NCBI GenBank assembly: GCA_963801245.1
Contig: CAWDEA010000004.1
Span: forward strand, 75,175-139,174
Direction: 5' to 3'
Source: an uncultured Solirubrobacterales bacterium
GTDB taxonomy: Bacteria > Actinomycetota > Thermoleophilia > Solirubrobacterales > 70-9
DNA: 64,000 nt
The notes under the pieces are model-generated. The model did no database searches. It was given only the letters and a program-made list of their open reading frames with translations, and was not told where the DNA came from. Position numbers and translations under genes: made by a program. Shown piece after piece: positions 20,837 to 31,095 of the stretch. Position 1 is the stretch's first letter. Every line of letters starts with the position of its first letter.

Positions 20837-21406
20837 TCAAGGCTCGCCTCGTTCGTATGGCCTTATGCCGCCGAGCAGAACCGCCAGGCCCGCCAGCATC
20901 AGCAGCTGCAGGGCCATCCCCAGCGGCGAGGTCAGCGCGTCGAGCGCGACCGTGCCGAGGCTGTGGGCGGCGATCGTGCCGAGGCTGACGTAGATCGAGT
21001 AGGCAATCAGGCGACCGCCCAGGAAGGCGGCCGTGAGCGGAATCAGCGGGACGGTCATCAGGCCGGCGGCGGTGAACAGCTGCCCGGATGGCAGCGGCGA
21101 AACCATGAAGAGCCCCAGGCCGGCAGCGGTCCGAGCACGATTCTCGGTCAGCGCCGCCTCGGCGCGATCGAGGCGTCGTAGCCGCGCGGCGGAGAAATGC
21201 GGCCGCAGGCGCCGGGCGCCGTTGGCTAGGACGAAGCGACCCGAGGCCGCCGCCAGCGCGCCGCCGAGGACAAGCGCGACCGCGGGCAGGTCGAAGTCGA
21301 TGCTGAAGAAGAGCAGTACGGCCCAGGTCGGCGGACCGAAGGCGGGGAGCAGGTTGATCGCGAAGACGACTCCCAGCGCGATCGCGTACTGAGCCGAGAC
21401 GGACAC
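20837..21406 (-). CDS. TVP38/TMEM64 (VTT/DedA-superfamily)-like membrane protein
   Basis: Multi-TM ORF. AINLLPAFGPPTWAVLLFF and SPLPSGQLFTAAGLM resemble VTT-domain blocks. GTG 21406 is preferred because the longer version overlaps the small ORF 21424..21576. Confidence 0.55.
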   Translation of the reverse strand: MSVSAQYAIALGVVFAINLLPAFGPPTWAVLLFFSIDFDLPAVALVLGGALAAASGRFVLANGARRLRPHFSAARLRRLDRAEAALTENRARTAAGLGLFMVSPLPSGQLFTAAGLMTVPLIPLTAAFLGGRLIAYSIYVSLGTIAAHSLGTVALDALTSPLGMALQLLMLAGLAVLLGGIRPYERGEP

Positions 21407-21423
21407 CGAACAGCGGTACGCGC

Positions 21424-21576
21424 TCAGCCCAACTCGGCCAGCCTCTCGTCGAGTTGCCTGCGAACCGCCTCGCAAACCGATTCGACCTCGGCGTTGTAGC
21501 GCTCGGCCGAAACGACGCCCAGCAACACCTCGGCGTCGGCCTTTGACAGCGTCAGGGTGATCGTCTGATCGGACAT
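21424..21576 (-). CDS. small hypothetical protein (50 aa), absent from the ORF track
   Basis: MSDQTITLTLSKADAEVLLGVVSAERYNAEVESVCEAVRRQLDERLAELG. A strong SD aaggag lies 7 nt upstream of ATG 21576. GC-ending codons match the host. Confidence 0.5.
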   Translation of the reverse strand: MSDQTITLTLSKADAEVLLGVVSAERYNAEVESVCEAVRRQLDERLAELG

Positions 21577-21649
21577 TGGAATCTCCTTATTTGGCGTCGC
21601 TTTACAGGACTTTCTTCCACGGGCGAGGCTAGCGCGTCCCGCCAGGCAG

Positions 21650-23089
21650 TCACGAATGCCGGTCCGGCGAGGCGCCGTCGACCAGGCTGCCGACCAGCTC
21701 GACGTACTCGGTCAGGCGGCCGACCGCGAGGAAGCGCTCCTTGACCCGCCGGCGCGCGGCCTCGCCCAGGCGCCGGGAGCGGTCGGGGTCGTCGAGCAGG
21801 TTGCGGATCGCCGCCGCGAAGCCCTCGAGGTCGCAGGGATCGTCGATCAGCACCCCGCTCTCGCCGTCGACGATCTGGTCCTGGATGCCCCCGAGGCGGC
21901 TGGCCACCACCGGCCTGGCCTTCCACATCGCCTCCGAGACGGTGAGGCCGAAGCCCTCGGCGATGCTCTTCTGCACGATCACGTCGGAGCGGCGCTGGAT
22001 CGCGTTGACCATCGCCGCGTTTTCATCGAGGTCGTCCATCGGCAAGCTGACCAGGTGGGCGCGGCGGCGCTTCTCCCCGGGAAGCCGGCGCCAGGTCTCG
22101 GCGACGTCGCCGTAGACGGTCGCGCCCTCGGGGTCGTCAGCAACGGCCGCGCTCGCCGGCCCGACCAGCGCCAGGTGGACGGCCGGGTCGCCGAGGTGCT
22201 CGGCGAAGCACTCGAGCAACCCGCGCGGGTCCTTGAGCCGGTCCCAGCGCGAGACCTGGGTCACGAGGCTGGCGCCGGCCGGCAGCGGCTCCTCCTGGAG
22301 CAGGTCGGCGCGCCGCTCGACCCGTCCGGGGGTTCCGTCGCCGCGTTCGAAGCTGGGCGCCGACTCGGGAACGCTCGTCCCGAGCCCAATCTCCCCCAGG
22401 ATCGCCTCGACCGCGTCCGCGTCGAGATCCTGGTTCTTGGGAGCGAAGGGGTCGATCGAGGGCGGCATCAGCCACGCCCGGGCACCGTCGAGCCCCTCCC
22501 AGACGTAGGCGGCGCGGGAGAAGACGATGGCGTCGGCGGCTCGCACGTAGGCACGCAGAAAGTCCCAGCCCCCACGCGCCAGCTCACCGGGATGGTCGAC
22601 GCCGACGTGGCAGCGCCAGACCACCTTCGCGCCGATCTCCTGCATCGCCGGCACGAGGCCGGCGGTCTGAGGGTCGTGCAGGTAGACGACGTCTTCGGCC
22701 TGGATCAGCTCGCCCAGTTGCGCGGCGCTGGCCCGCAGCGCGGTCTCGTAGAGCGTGCGCTCCTCCTCGCCCAGCGGCCCGCCGTCTCCGGGGTTCTCGT
22801 GCAGATGGTTGTGGAGGCGCTTGGTGACCGTGAAGAACGCCGGCTCCTCGTGGAGCACGGCCCATCGCGTGTCGACGCCGACGCCGCGCACGTAGGGCAG
22901 CAGCGAGTGGAGGATCTCCGCGACACCGCCCCCGCGCGCGGTCGAGCTGACGTGCCAGATCGCCCGCCCGGCGAACTTCTCGCGCGCCTGCTCGGCGACC
23001 GCCTCGAAGCGCGGGAAGTCCTCGCCGAGCAGCTCGCGGTAGCGCTCGAGCGGCTGGGGCGGGATCTGGACCAGCTCGGGTCGGGCCAC
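21650..23089 (-). CDS. GT4 glycosyltransferase, trehalose-synthase (TreT)-like
   Basis: Intact 479 aa. GGGVAEILHSLLPY, VYLHDPQTAGL, E-x7-E block EGFGLTVSE. The architecture resembles TreT-type trehalose glycosyltransferring synthases. Confidence 0.8.
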   Translation of the reverse strand: MARPELVQIPPQPLERYRELLGEDFPRFEAVAEQAREKFAGRAIWHVSSTARGGGVAEILHSLLPYVRGVGVDTRWAVLHEEPAFFTVTKRLHNHLHENPGDGGPLGEEERTLYETALRASAAQLGELIQAEDVVYLHDPQTAGLVPAMQEIGAKVVWRCHVGVDHPGELARGGWDFLRAYVRAADAIVFSRAAYVWEGLDGARAWLMPPSIDPFAPKNQDLDADAVEAILGEIGLGTSVPESAPSFERGDGTPGRVERRADLLQEEPLPAGASLVTQVSRWDRLKDPRGLLECFAEHLGDPAVHLALVGPASAAVADDPEGATVYGDVAETWRRLPGEKRRRAHLVSLPMDDLDENAAMVNAIQRRSDVIVQKSIAEGFGLTVSEAMWKARPVVASRLGGIQDQIVDGESGVLIDDPCDLEGFAAAIRNLLDDPDRSRRLGEAARRRVKERFLAVGRLTEYVELVGSLVDGASPDRHS

Positions 23090-23225
23090 GGCGTCACCTT
23101 CTCATCCGCCGAGGGCGACGGGAAGCGGGGAAATCCGAGCCGAGCTCCGTAGCTCCTACCGATGTGGCCGGCGACGGGCGCGCCTAGCGTGTGTTTTCCC
23201 AGCCGCGCAGCGAAGGAGAGAGCCG

Positions 23226-24299
23226 ATGCCAGAGACGATGAGAGCAGCCGTATTCGAGGGCCACGAGCGGATCGTCTTGGAGGAGAAGCCGATGCCCCCG
23301 TGCGGCCCCACCGACGCGATCGTGAAGATCTCGCTGACGACGATCTGCGGCACCGACGTGCACATCTGGCGCGAGGAGTACCCGGTCGAGCAGGGCCGGA
23401 TCGTCGGCCACGAGCCGGTCGGCACGATCCACCAGCTCGGCGACGCGGTCACCGGCTACGAGGTCGGCGACCGGGTCCTGGTCGGCGCGGTCACGCCCTG
23501 CGGCAGCTGCTTCTACTGCCAGTCCCACAACGAGGCCCAGTGCTCCGGCCACGAGGACGAGTGGGAGATGATCGGCGGCTGGCGGCTCGGCAACGCGATC
23601 GACGGCGTCCAGGCCGAGTACTTCCGGGTGCCGTACGCGCAGGCCAACCTGGCGAAGATCCCCGACGACCTCTCCGACGAGCAGTGCGTGCTGCTCGCCG
23701 ACATCGCCTCGACCGGGATCTCGGCGGCGGAGACCGCCAACGTGCAGATCGGCCAGACCGTCGCCGTCTTCGCCCAGGGCCCGATCGGCCTCTGCGCCAC
23801 CGCCGGCGCGCGCCTGATGGGCGCCTCGCTGGTGATCGGCGTCGACCGCATCGCCGGCCGGCTCGAGCTCTCGAAGAAGATGGGGGCCGACGAGATGATC
23901 GACTTCACCGAAGAGGACCCGATCGCCGCGATCAAGCGCCTCACGGGCGGCCGCGGCGTCGACGTCGCGATCGAGGCGCTCGGCACCCAGGAGACCTTCG
24001 AGGCCTGCCTCGAGGCGACCCGTCCCGGCGGCATCGTCTCCAGCCTCGGCGTCTACGGCGGCAAGCTCGAGGTCCCGCTCGAGCCCTTCGTCTACGGCAT
24101 CGGCGACAAGCAGATCCTCACCACGCTCTGCCCCGGCGGCAAGGAGCGGATGCGCAAGCTGATGGAGATGGTCCGCCACGGCCGCCTCGACCTCGGCCCG
24201 CTGATCACCCACCGCTTCTCCCTCGACCAGATCGAGGAGGCCTACGACCTCTTCGGCAACCAGCGCGAAGGCGTGGTCAAGGTCGCGCTGACGCCGTAG
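23226..24299 (+). CDS. zinc-dependent NAD(P) alcohol dehydrogenase (secondary-ADH/TbADH-like)
   Basis: Intact 357 aa. CGTDVH, GHEPVG, VAVFAQGPIGL Rossmann, LCPGGKERMRKLMEMVRHGRLDL. SD aaggagagag upstream. Confidence 0.9.
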   Translation: MPETMRAAVFEGHERIVLEEKPMPPCGPTDAIVKISLTTICGTDVHIWREEYPVEQGRIVGHEPVGTIHQLGDAVTGYEVGDRVLVGAVTPCGSCFYCQSHNEAQCSGHEDEWEMIGGWRLGNAIDGVQAEYFRVPYAQANLAKIPDDLSDEQCVLLADIASTGISAAETANVQIGQTVAVFAQGPIGLCATAGARLMGASLVIGVDRIAGRLELSKKMGADEMIDFTEEDPIAAIKRLTGGRGVDVAIEALGTQETFEACLEATRPGGIVSSLGVYGGKLEVPLEPFVYGIGDKQILTTLCPGGKERMRKLMEMVRHGRLDLGPLITHRFSLDQIEEAYDLFGNQREGVVKVALTP

Positions 24300-24304
24300 A
24301 GCGG

Positions 24305-24667
24305 CTATTCGTCGTCAAGATCCCACCGAGGTGGGCAAATCGAGATCGGGTCGAGCCGGCACGGCATCACCAGATCGACGAACCGGCGTGGATCGACCTC
24401 TTCGTAGAGACTCGGCTCGTCGTCGTCGAGGACGTTCACCTCCTCGGCAGGCGGGCAGTACGCGAAGGCGCGCCCATCCCCGGTGAGATGCAGATAGCGC
24501 CTGGTGCACCTGTGCTTGTAGGCGTCAAGCCGGATTCCGCCTTTCAGCTCCGCCTCGAACATCCACATGAACTCGTCGACATAGACGCGAGCGAGGTATA
24601 GCAGCGGCTCCCAATTTGGCGTCTCGAGTTGGACCATCCGACCTGGAATTCGTTTTTTCTTGGGCAT
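24305..24667 (-). CDS. hypothetical protein (120 aa), no family recognised
   Basis: Lower-GC ORF MPKKKRIPGRMVQLETPNWEPLLYLARVYVDEFMWMFEAELKGG... with an acidic tail. Divergent from the phd/vapC pair. Confidence 0.55.
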   Translation of the reverse strand: MPKKKRIPGRMVQLETPNWEPLLYLARVYVDEFMWMFEAELKGGIRLDAYKHRCTRRYLHLTGDGRAFAYCPPAEEVNVLDDDEPSLYEEVDPRRFVDLVMPCRLDPISICPPRWDLDDE

Positions 24668-24733
24668 GGCCCAACCATTGCCCGGCCAGATGCACGAAAC
24701 AAGACCCGTTCGTGGCAGGACTGAAACTTTCAG

Positions 24734-24749
24734 GTATCACAGGTGATAC
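24734..24749. promoter_or_regulatory. perfect inverted repeat gtatcac-ag-gtgatac, candidate Phd/VapC operator
   Basis: 7-bp arms with a 2-nt spacer, ending 10 nt upstream of the antitoxin ATG (24759). Confidence 0.45.
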
Positions 24750-24758
24750 GCTCGGCCC

Positions 24759-24993
24759 ATGGCAAAAGTCAGCATCCGGGAGCCTCCGGAACCACGGGGG
24801 CGACGTCGTCGATCGGGCGGCCCGCGGCGAGCAGATCACGATCACACGCTCCGGAAAGGACGTCGCGGAGCTGCGATCCGTTCACGTGCCGCTTTCGGCA
24901 GAAGCGTTGCTGGGGCGCTGGAACCGCCTCCCGGCGATGGACCCGGCCAAGCTGAGGACGGACATCGACGAGTTGCTCGATCCGAGGCTCTGA
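24759..24993 (+). pseudogene. Phd/YefM-family type II antitoxin, one frame break at about 24783
   Basis: MAKVSIRE in one frame, then LRNHGGDVVDRAARGEQITITRSGKDVAELRSV... in the 24616..24993 frame. Removing one C of the CC at 24783-24784 restores MAKVSIRELRNHGG. Confidence 0.8.
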
Positions 24994-24999
24994 CCTCCA

Positions 25000-25431
25000 G
25001 TGACGCAGCGCGAGACCCGGGGGATCCTCGACACATCCACGGTCATCCTCCTGCAACGCATTACCGATGCCTCAGCGCTCCCCGAGGAGCCATTGATCAC
25101 GGCCGTTACGCTCGCCGAGCTGGCGGTCGGCCCCCTCGTCGCCGCCGATGACGACGAGAGCGCCACTCGCCAGGCCCACCTTCAGCAGGCCGAGGCCGAC
25201 TTCGCCCCCCTCCCCTTCGATGCCGCCGCGGCGCGCGCGTTCGGCCGCGTCGCCGCGTCCCTGAGACGCGCCGGTCGCAAGGCTTCGGCGAGAACCTATG
25301 ACGCAATGATCGCGGCTACGGCAATCGCGAACGGGCTGCCTGTCTACACGTGCAACCCCGACGATTTCGCCGGCATCGCCGAGCTGGGCGTCGTCTCGAT
25401 ACCCGTGCCGGGAGAAATCGGCGGAAACTAG
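25000..25431 (+). CDS. vapC: PIN-domain toxin VapC
   Basis: GILDTSTVILL, AVTLAELAVG, YDAMIAATAIANGLPVYTCNPDDF give the conserved acidic PIN residues. GTG 25000 lies 6 nt after the antitoxin stop. Confidence 0.85.
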   Translation: MTQRETRGILDTSTVILLQRITDASALPEEPLITAVTLAELAVGPLVAADDDESATRQAHLQQAEADFAPLPFDAAAARAFGRVAASLRRAGRKASARTYDAMIAATAIANGLPVYTCNPDDFAGIAELGVVSIPVPGEIGGN

Positions 25432-25472
25432 CTCGTTTCTCCATCGCCAAGTGTGATGTGGATGGGTGGTTA

Positions 25473-25510
25473 GGGACGGGGCGCTACCCGGCAAGAGAGC
25501 GCCCCGTCCC
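25473..25510. terminator. hairpin between convergent vapC and cysA
   Basis: gggacggggcgct / agcgccccgtccc: 13-bp perfect stem with a 12-nt loop. Confidence 0.55.
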
Positions 25511-25519
25511 GTTACCCCT

Positions 25520-26490
<971 letters not shown>

Positions 26491-26491
<1 letters not shown>

Positions 26492-27360
26492 CAGGAACCC
26501 TCCTTCGTGGTTGAGGTTGAGATGGCGGCGTCGCCCGTGATCGGGATCGGTCCGCCCTGGGCCTTGGCCTTGCGCCCGCCGACGCTCATCAGCAGCAGCG
26601 TCGTCAGGGCGAGCAGAGCGAGCACGATCGCGCCCGCGTAGGCGGCTTCCTCGTTGAACTGCTCGAAGGCCTTGGCGACGAACAGCGGCAGGGTCTCGGT
26701 CTCACCCGAGATCGAGCCGGAGACGATCGTCACCGCGCCGAACTCGCCCAGCACGCGGGCGGTTGTCAGCACGACGCCGTAGGCGACGCCCCAGCGGATC
26801 GCCGGCAGGGTGACCCGCCAGAAGGTCTGCCAGGCGCTGGCGCCGAGCGTCGACGCCGCCTGCTCCTGCTCGGTGCCGATCTCCTGCAGGACCGGAACGG
26901 TCTCCCGCACCACGAAGGGCAGCGAGACGAAGACGCTGGCGAGGATCATCCCGGGGGTCGAGAAGAGCACCTGGATCCCCCATTCGGAGAGCGTCGGCCC
27001 GAACCAGCCACTGGTCCCGTAGAGCAGGAACAACGAGAGCCCGACGACGATCGGGGAGATCGCGAAGGGCAGGTTGATGATCCCGTCGAGCACCGCGTTG
27101 CCCTTCCACTTGTGGCGAACGAGCAGCAGCGCGCAGCCGACCCCGAAGACCGTGTTGAGGGGAACAGCGACGGCGACCATCAGCAGGGTCAGCCAGATCG
27201 CGTGCAGCGCGTCGGGCGAGGTCATCGCTTCGATCGGCGGGCCGAGGCCGTGCTCGAACGTCTTGTAGAAGATCATCCCCACGGGAGCGAGCAGCAGCAG
27301 GCCGAGGTAGCCGAAGGCAAGGGTGCGCAGGCCCCACTTGGCGGTCGCCGGGGTGCTCAT
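26491..27360 (-). CDS. cysW: sulfate ABC transporter permease CysW
   Basis: Multi-TM permease with EAA-type loop [21 protein letters not shown]. 1-nt and 4-nt overlaps with the neighbours. Confidence 0.85.
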
Positions 27361-28193
27361 CGACGTGCCCCCCGGCGAGCGAAGAGGCTGACCGCGATCA
27401 GCAGCGCCAGCGAGATCGCCAGCAGGACAACCGAGACCGCCGAGGCGCCGGCGACGTTGCCGGACTCGATCTGACTGCGGATGAAAACCGAGGAGACCTC
27501 GGTATCGAAGGGGATGTTGCCGGAGATCAGGATCAGCGAGCCGTACTCGCCCAGCGCCCGGGCGAAGGCGAGCAGCACGCCGGCGAGGATGCCGGGCAGC
27601 AGGTTGGGGAAGATGATCCGCCGGAAGACGGTGAAGCCGCCGGCGCCGAGCGAGGTCGCCGCCTCCTCCATCTGCTGGTCCATCTCCATCAGCAGCGGCT
27701 GCACAGCGCGAACGACGAAAGGCAGGGTGATGAAGCAGAGCGCGACGACGATCGCCACCCTGGTGAAGGCGATGTCGAGGCCGAAGGGGCTGTCGGACCC
27801 GTAGAGCGTCAGCAGGGTCAGGCCGGCGACGATCGTCGGCAGGGCGAAGGGCAGGTCGATCAGCGCGTTGACCGCTCCCTTGCCGGGGAACTCGTCGCGG
27901 ACTAGGACCCAGGCGATGATCGTGCCGAAGACGGCGTTGATCGCGACGACGATCAGCGAACAGATCACGGTCAGCTTCAGCGCCGCCAGCGACTGATCGC
28001 CGGTGACCGAGTCCCAGAAGGCGTCGAGGCCACCGCTTGTCGACTCAGCGACAACCGCAGCCAGGGGCAGCATCACCATCAGCGACAGGTAGAGGACGAC
28101 GAGGCCCCTGCCGAGGCCGACGCCGAGCCCGGGCAGGCGGATGCCTGCCCGGGGTGGTGCATTAGTCGTAAGGGCTGCCGGGTGACCCTCCAT
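27357..28193 (-). CDS. cysT: sulfate ABC transporter permease CysT
   Basis: EAA-type loop EEAATSLGAGGFTVFRRIIFP. Gene order binding protein-T-W-A. Confidence 0.85.
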   Translation of the reverse strand: MEGHPAALTTNAPPRAGIRLPGLGVGLGRGLVVLYLSLMVMLPLAAVVAESTSGGLDAFWDSVTGDQSLAALKLTVICSLIVVAINAVFGTIIAWVLVRDEFPGKGAVNALIDLPFALPTIVAGLTLLTLYGSDSPFGLDIAFTRVAIVVALCFITLPFVVRAVQPLLMEMDQQMEEAATSLGAGGFTVFRRIIFPNLLPGILAGVLLAFARALGEYGSLILISGNIPFDTEVSSVFIRSQIESGNVAGASAVSVVLLAISLALLIAVSLFARRGARR

Positions 28194-28195
28194 GG

Positions 28196-29224
28196 CTAGC
28201 CGCTCGTCGAGACGCCGAGTTCCTTCTCGATCTCCGCAACCGAGCCGGTTTCGTCGTCGAAGAACTCATCGTTGACCTTTTCCCACCCGCCGAACTCGGC
28301 GATCGTGAAGAGATCTTTCGGGGTCGGAAACTGCTTCGGGTCGACCAGGTCGGGGTTGACCGGCCGGTAGCCGTTCTCGGCCCACAGTTCCTGGCCCTCG
28401 TCGGACCAGACGTAGTCGAGGAAGGCCTGAGCCGCCTCCGGCGCACCCTTGGTGACCGCGATCGGCGTCTCGATCAGGATCGTGCTCGGCGGGATCACGT
28501 AGTCGACCTCCTCACCCTCGGTCTGGGCCTTGATCGCCTCGTTCTCGTAGCCGAGGAGCACATCGCCCTCGCCCTGGGTGAACGCCGCAAGTGCGTCGCG
28601 AGCGCTGCCCGGCTGCACGACCGTCTTCTCCAGCACGGTCTTGACCGCGTCGAGCGCCTGCTGCGGGGACTTGCCCTCGTGCAGCTGCGAGCCGTAGATC
28701 GCCATGATGTTCCAGCGCGCGGCGCCGGAGCTGAACGGGTTGGGGGTGATGATCTCGACGTCCTTGGTGAGCAGATCGTCGAGCGACTCGAGGCCCTCGG
28801 GATTGCCCTTGCGGACGGTCATCACGACGACCGAGTCCTGGGCGATGCCGTCGTATTGCTTCGTGTCCCAGTCGGTCGCGACCTGCCCGGATTCGACCAG
28901 GCGGATCATGTCGCCGCCCTGGGCGAAGTGGACGACGGAGGCAGGCTGGCCGGCCTCGACCGCGCGGCTCTGGTCGCCGGAGGCGCCGAAGGAGTTGCTG
29001 AAGCTGACGCCGACGCCCTCAGGGGTGCCTTCGAATCCGGGCTCGAGAGCTTCCTCGTAGACGGCCTCCGGGGTCGAGTAGCCGACGACGTCGAGCTTGC
29101 CGCCCGAGGATGAACCGGCTGTGGAGTCGTCCCCTCCCCCACAGCCTGCGACGGCCATGGCGGCCAGTGCGAAGAGGAGGCCAAACTTGACTCTGTGCCG
29201 GGTCGATTCGCGGACTGCTCTCAT
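28196..29224 (-). CDS. cysP: sulfate-binding lipoprotein (Sbp/CysP)
   Basis: MRAVRES... from ATG 29224, lipobox LAAMAVAGCGG. Sulfate-binding-protein blocks VVGYSTPEAVY, FGASGDQSRAV, NPFSSGAARWN. Confidence 0.85.
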   Translation of the reverse strand: MRAVRESTRHRVKFGLLFALAAMAVAGCGGGDDSTAGSSSGGKLDVVGYSTPEAVYEEALEPGFEGTPEGVGVSFSNSFGASGDQSRAVEAGQPASVVHFAQGGDMIRLVESGQVATDWDTKQYDGIAQDSVVVMTVRKGNPEGLESLDDLLTKDVEIITPNPFSSGAARWNIMAIYGSQLHEGKSPQQALDAVKTVLEKTVVQPGSARDALAAFTQGEGDVLLGYENEAIKAQTEGEEVDYVIPPSTILIETPIAVTKGAPEAAQAFLDYVWSDEGQELWAENGYRPVNPDLVDPKQFPTPKDLFTIAEFGGWEKVNDEFFDDETGSVAEIEKELGVSTSG

Positions 29225-29244
29225 GAAACGGAATCCCTTCTTTG

Positions 29245-29276
29245 TTGACTGATTTAGTTTTTTGACTGACTTAGTT
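29245..29276. promoter_or_regulatory. two tandem 15-nt direct repeats ttgactgaYttagtt (period 17) just upstream of cysP
   Basis: 29245-29259 and 29262-29276 are 14/15 identical. They sit in the AT-rich patch 21-52 nt upstream of the cysP ATG. Confidence 0.4.
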
Positions 29277-29600
29277 CTAAAAGAGAGCGGCACCCTAGCA
29301 CAATGTTGATCGGCAAAGTCGGAAAGGAGCGGGGAGGGTGGCTCCCGGCCGTGCCGGGAGAGATCGCGACGCCCCGAGGTGGGCAAGGCCGACATGTCGC
29401 ACTTTCCGTCGGTACGCGGCGGAAAGTGCGACCGCTGTGAATCCGGGGGAGTAAGTCGAAGGTATGCCTGGCCAGTCGAGGCTGACAACGGTTCCCGTCC
29501 TGGCCAGGCGGCGGCGACGATACCGGACCAACGGGCTATCTACTGGTTTGCGGGAACCGGCAAGGGGACCGCGTGTTTATGCTCGAACAAGGTTTGGCCT

Positions 29601-29966
29601 ATGGCCAACCCCAGAGGAAAGAGCGAGGCCAGCCGAGCGCTGGCCCTCGGCGCGCTGCTGCGTAAGCTGCGCCGCGACCGCGGCTACACCCTGGACCAGC
29701 TCGCCAAACGCATCCCCATGTCAGCCTCCAATCTCTCCCGCCTGGAGCTGGGCAGCCAGGGGCCTCCCCCGGACGAAGTCATCGAGCGCATCGCCAAGGC
29801 CCTCGATGCCGATACGGCCGAGCTGTTACATGCGGCGGGAAGGGTCGGCGGGGGCGAGTCCTTCGAGCAGGCGGTCCTCGAGCGGCTGGACGCGATCGGC
29901 CGCGACGTGCGCGAGGTCAAGGACGCCGTCGTCGGTCGCGGGGACGCGGACCCCGGCACCTCCTAG
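29601..29966 (+). CDS. XRE-family helix-turn-helix transcriptional regulator
   Basis: LGALLRKLRRDRGYTLDQLAKRIPMSASNLSRLELG. Divergent from the cys operon. An in-frame upstream extension to 29379 is possible but codon-poor. Confidence 0.75.
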   Translation: MANPRGKSEASRALALGALLRKLRRDRGYTLDQLAKRIPMSASNLSRLELGSQGPPPDEVIERIAKALDADTAELLHAAGRVGGGESFEQAVLERLDAIGRDVREVKDAVVGRGDADPGTS

Positions 29967-31088
29967 CCTCGTCGCGAACCGGCCAGCTCGAGCGCCCTCA
30001 GCACGCGGTTGACGTCGGTGATCGAGAGGATCCCCACATCGCCTGCCTCGGTGAGGACCGCCGCGCGGCCAACCCGCTGGAAAGCCGGATACTCGAGCAG
30101 GCCGGCGACGTCCTCGTGCTCGCCGACGACCAGCTCGGGGTCGACTGCGGCGATCTCCCCCACCCTCGTCACCGCCCGCCGCGCGGCCGGCACCCGCTCG
30201 ACCGCCGCGATGTCGACCACCCCGACGGGCCGCGACCCATCCATCACCGGGAAGGCCGTGTAGCGATACGGGACGAAGTATCGCTCGACCGCGTCCTCGA
30301 CGCTGATGCCGGTGGGCACGGCGACGGCCGGGCAGGACATCAGCCTTCCCGCCTCGCGTCCCTGGAAGGCCATCCGGACGCGCAACCCGCCCTCCTCGGC
30401 CTTGGCGGCGACGATGACGAAGAAGCCGACGAGCGCGAACCAGAGGCCGCCGAAGGCGCCGGCCGCGGTGGCGAACACCCCGAGGCCGATCATGCCGTAG
30501 CCGAAGCCGCGCCCGACGCTCGCCGCCGTCGCGGTGGCGCGAGAGGTCGCCGGTCCTGCCCCAGAGCAGCGCCCTGGCGACGCGCCCGCCGTCGAGCGGG
30601 AAGGCGGGGAGCATGTTGAAGACGAGGATCGCGGCGTTGACGTAGAGCTGGTAGCCGATCACGGCGCGCAGCCCGTCGGGCGCGGATGCCGGCAGCGCCG
30701 CGGCGAGGAGCCCGAAGGCGGCCACGATCGCCAGGGTGACGGCCGGGCCGGCGAGGGCGTAGCGCAGCTCGTCGCCGGCGGTCTTCGGATACCCCTTCAT
30801 CCTGGCGACGCCGCCGAGCAGCCAGAGGTCGATCTCCTCGATCTCGACCCCGTGGCGGCGGGCCACGACGGCGTGCCCCAGCTCGTGCAGGAGGATGCTG
30901 GCGAAGAGCAGCAGCGCGCTCAGCAGGCCCAGGCCGTAGGCGGCGCCCGGGGCGATGCCGGGGACCTCGTCGGGGTAGTAGACGGCGCCCAGCGACCAGG
31001 TGATCAGGGCGACGATCGCCAGCCAGAGCGGCTGCACCCCGATCGGTATCCCGGCGAGCCGGCCGAGGCGGACGCTTCCCAGGCTCAC
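29963..31088 (-). pseudogene. M50 site-2-protease-type metalloprotease with C-terminal CBS pair, one frame break near 30535
   Basis: HELGHAVVARRHG (HExxH), FNMLPAFPLDGGRV. After the break: GFGYGMIGLGVF..., then CBS-like VAVPTGISVEDAV...FPVMDGSRPVGVV...ILSITDV. Confidence 0.85.
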
Positions 31089-31095
31089 GGCCCGC

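Noticed and set aside
29379-29600. Longer version of the XRE regulator (195 aa) starting at 29379/29394.
   Set aside because: The extension has clearly poorer third-position GC and several rare codons, has no recognisable domain, and overlaps strong stem-loops. It is kept only as an alternative in the findings.
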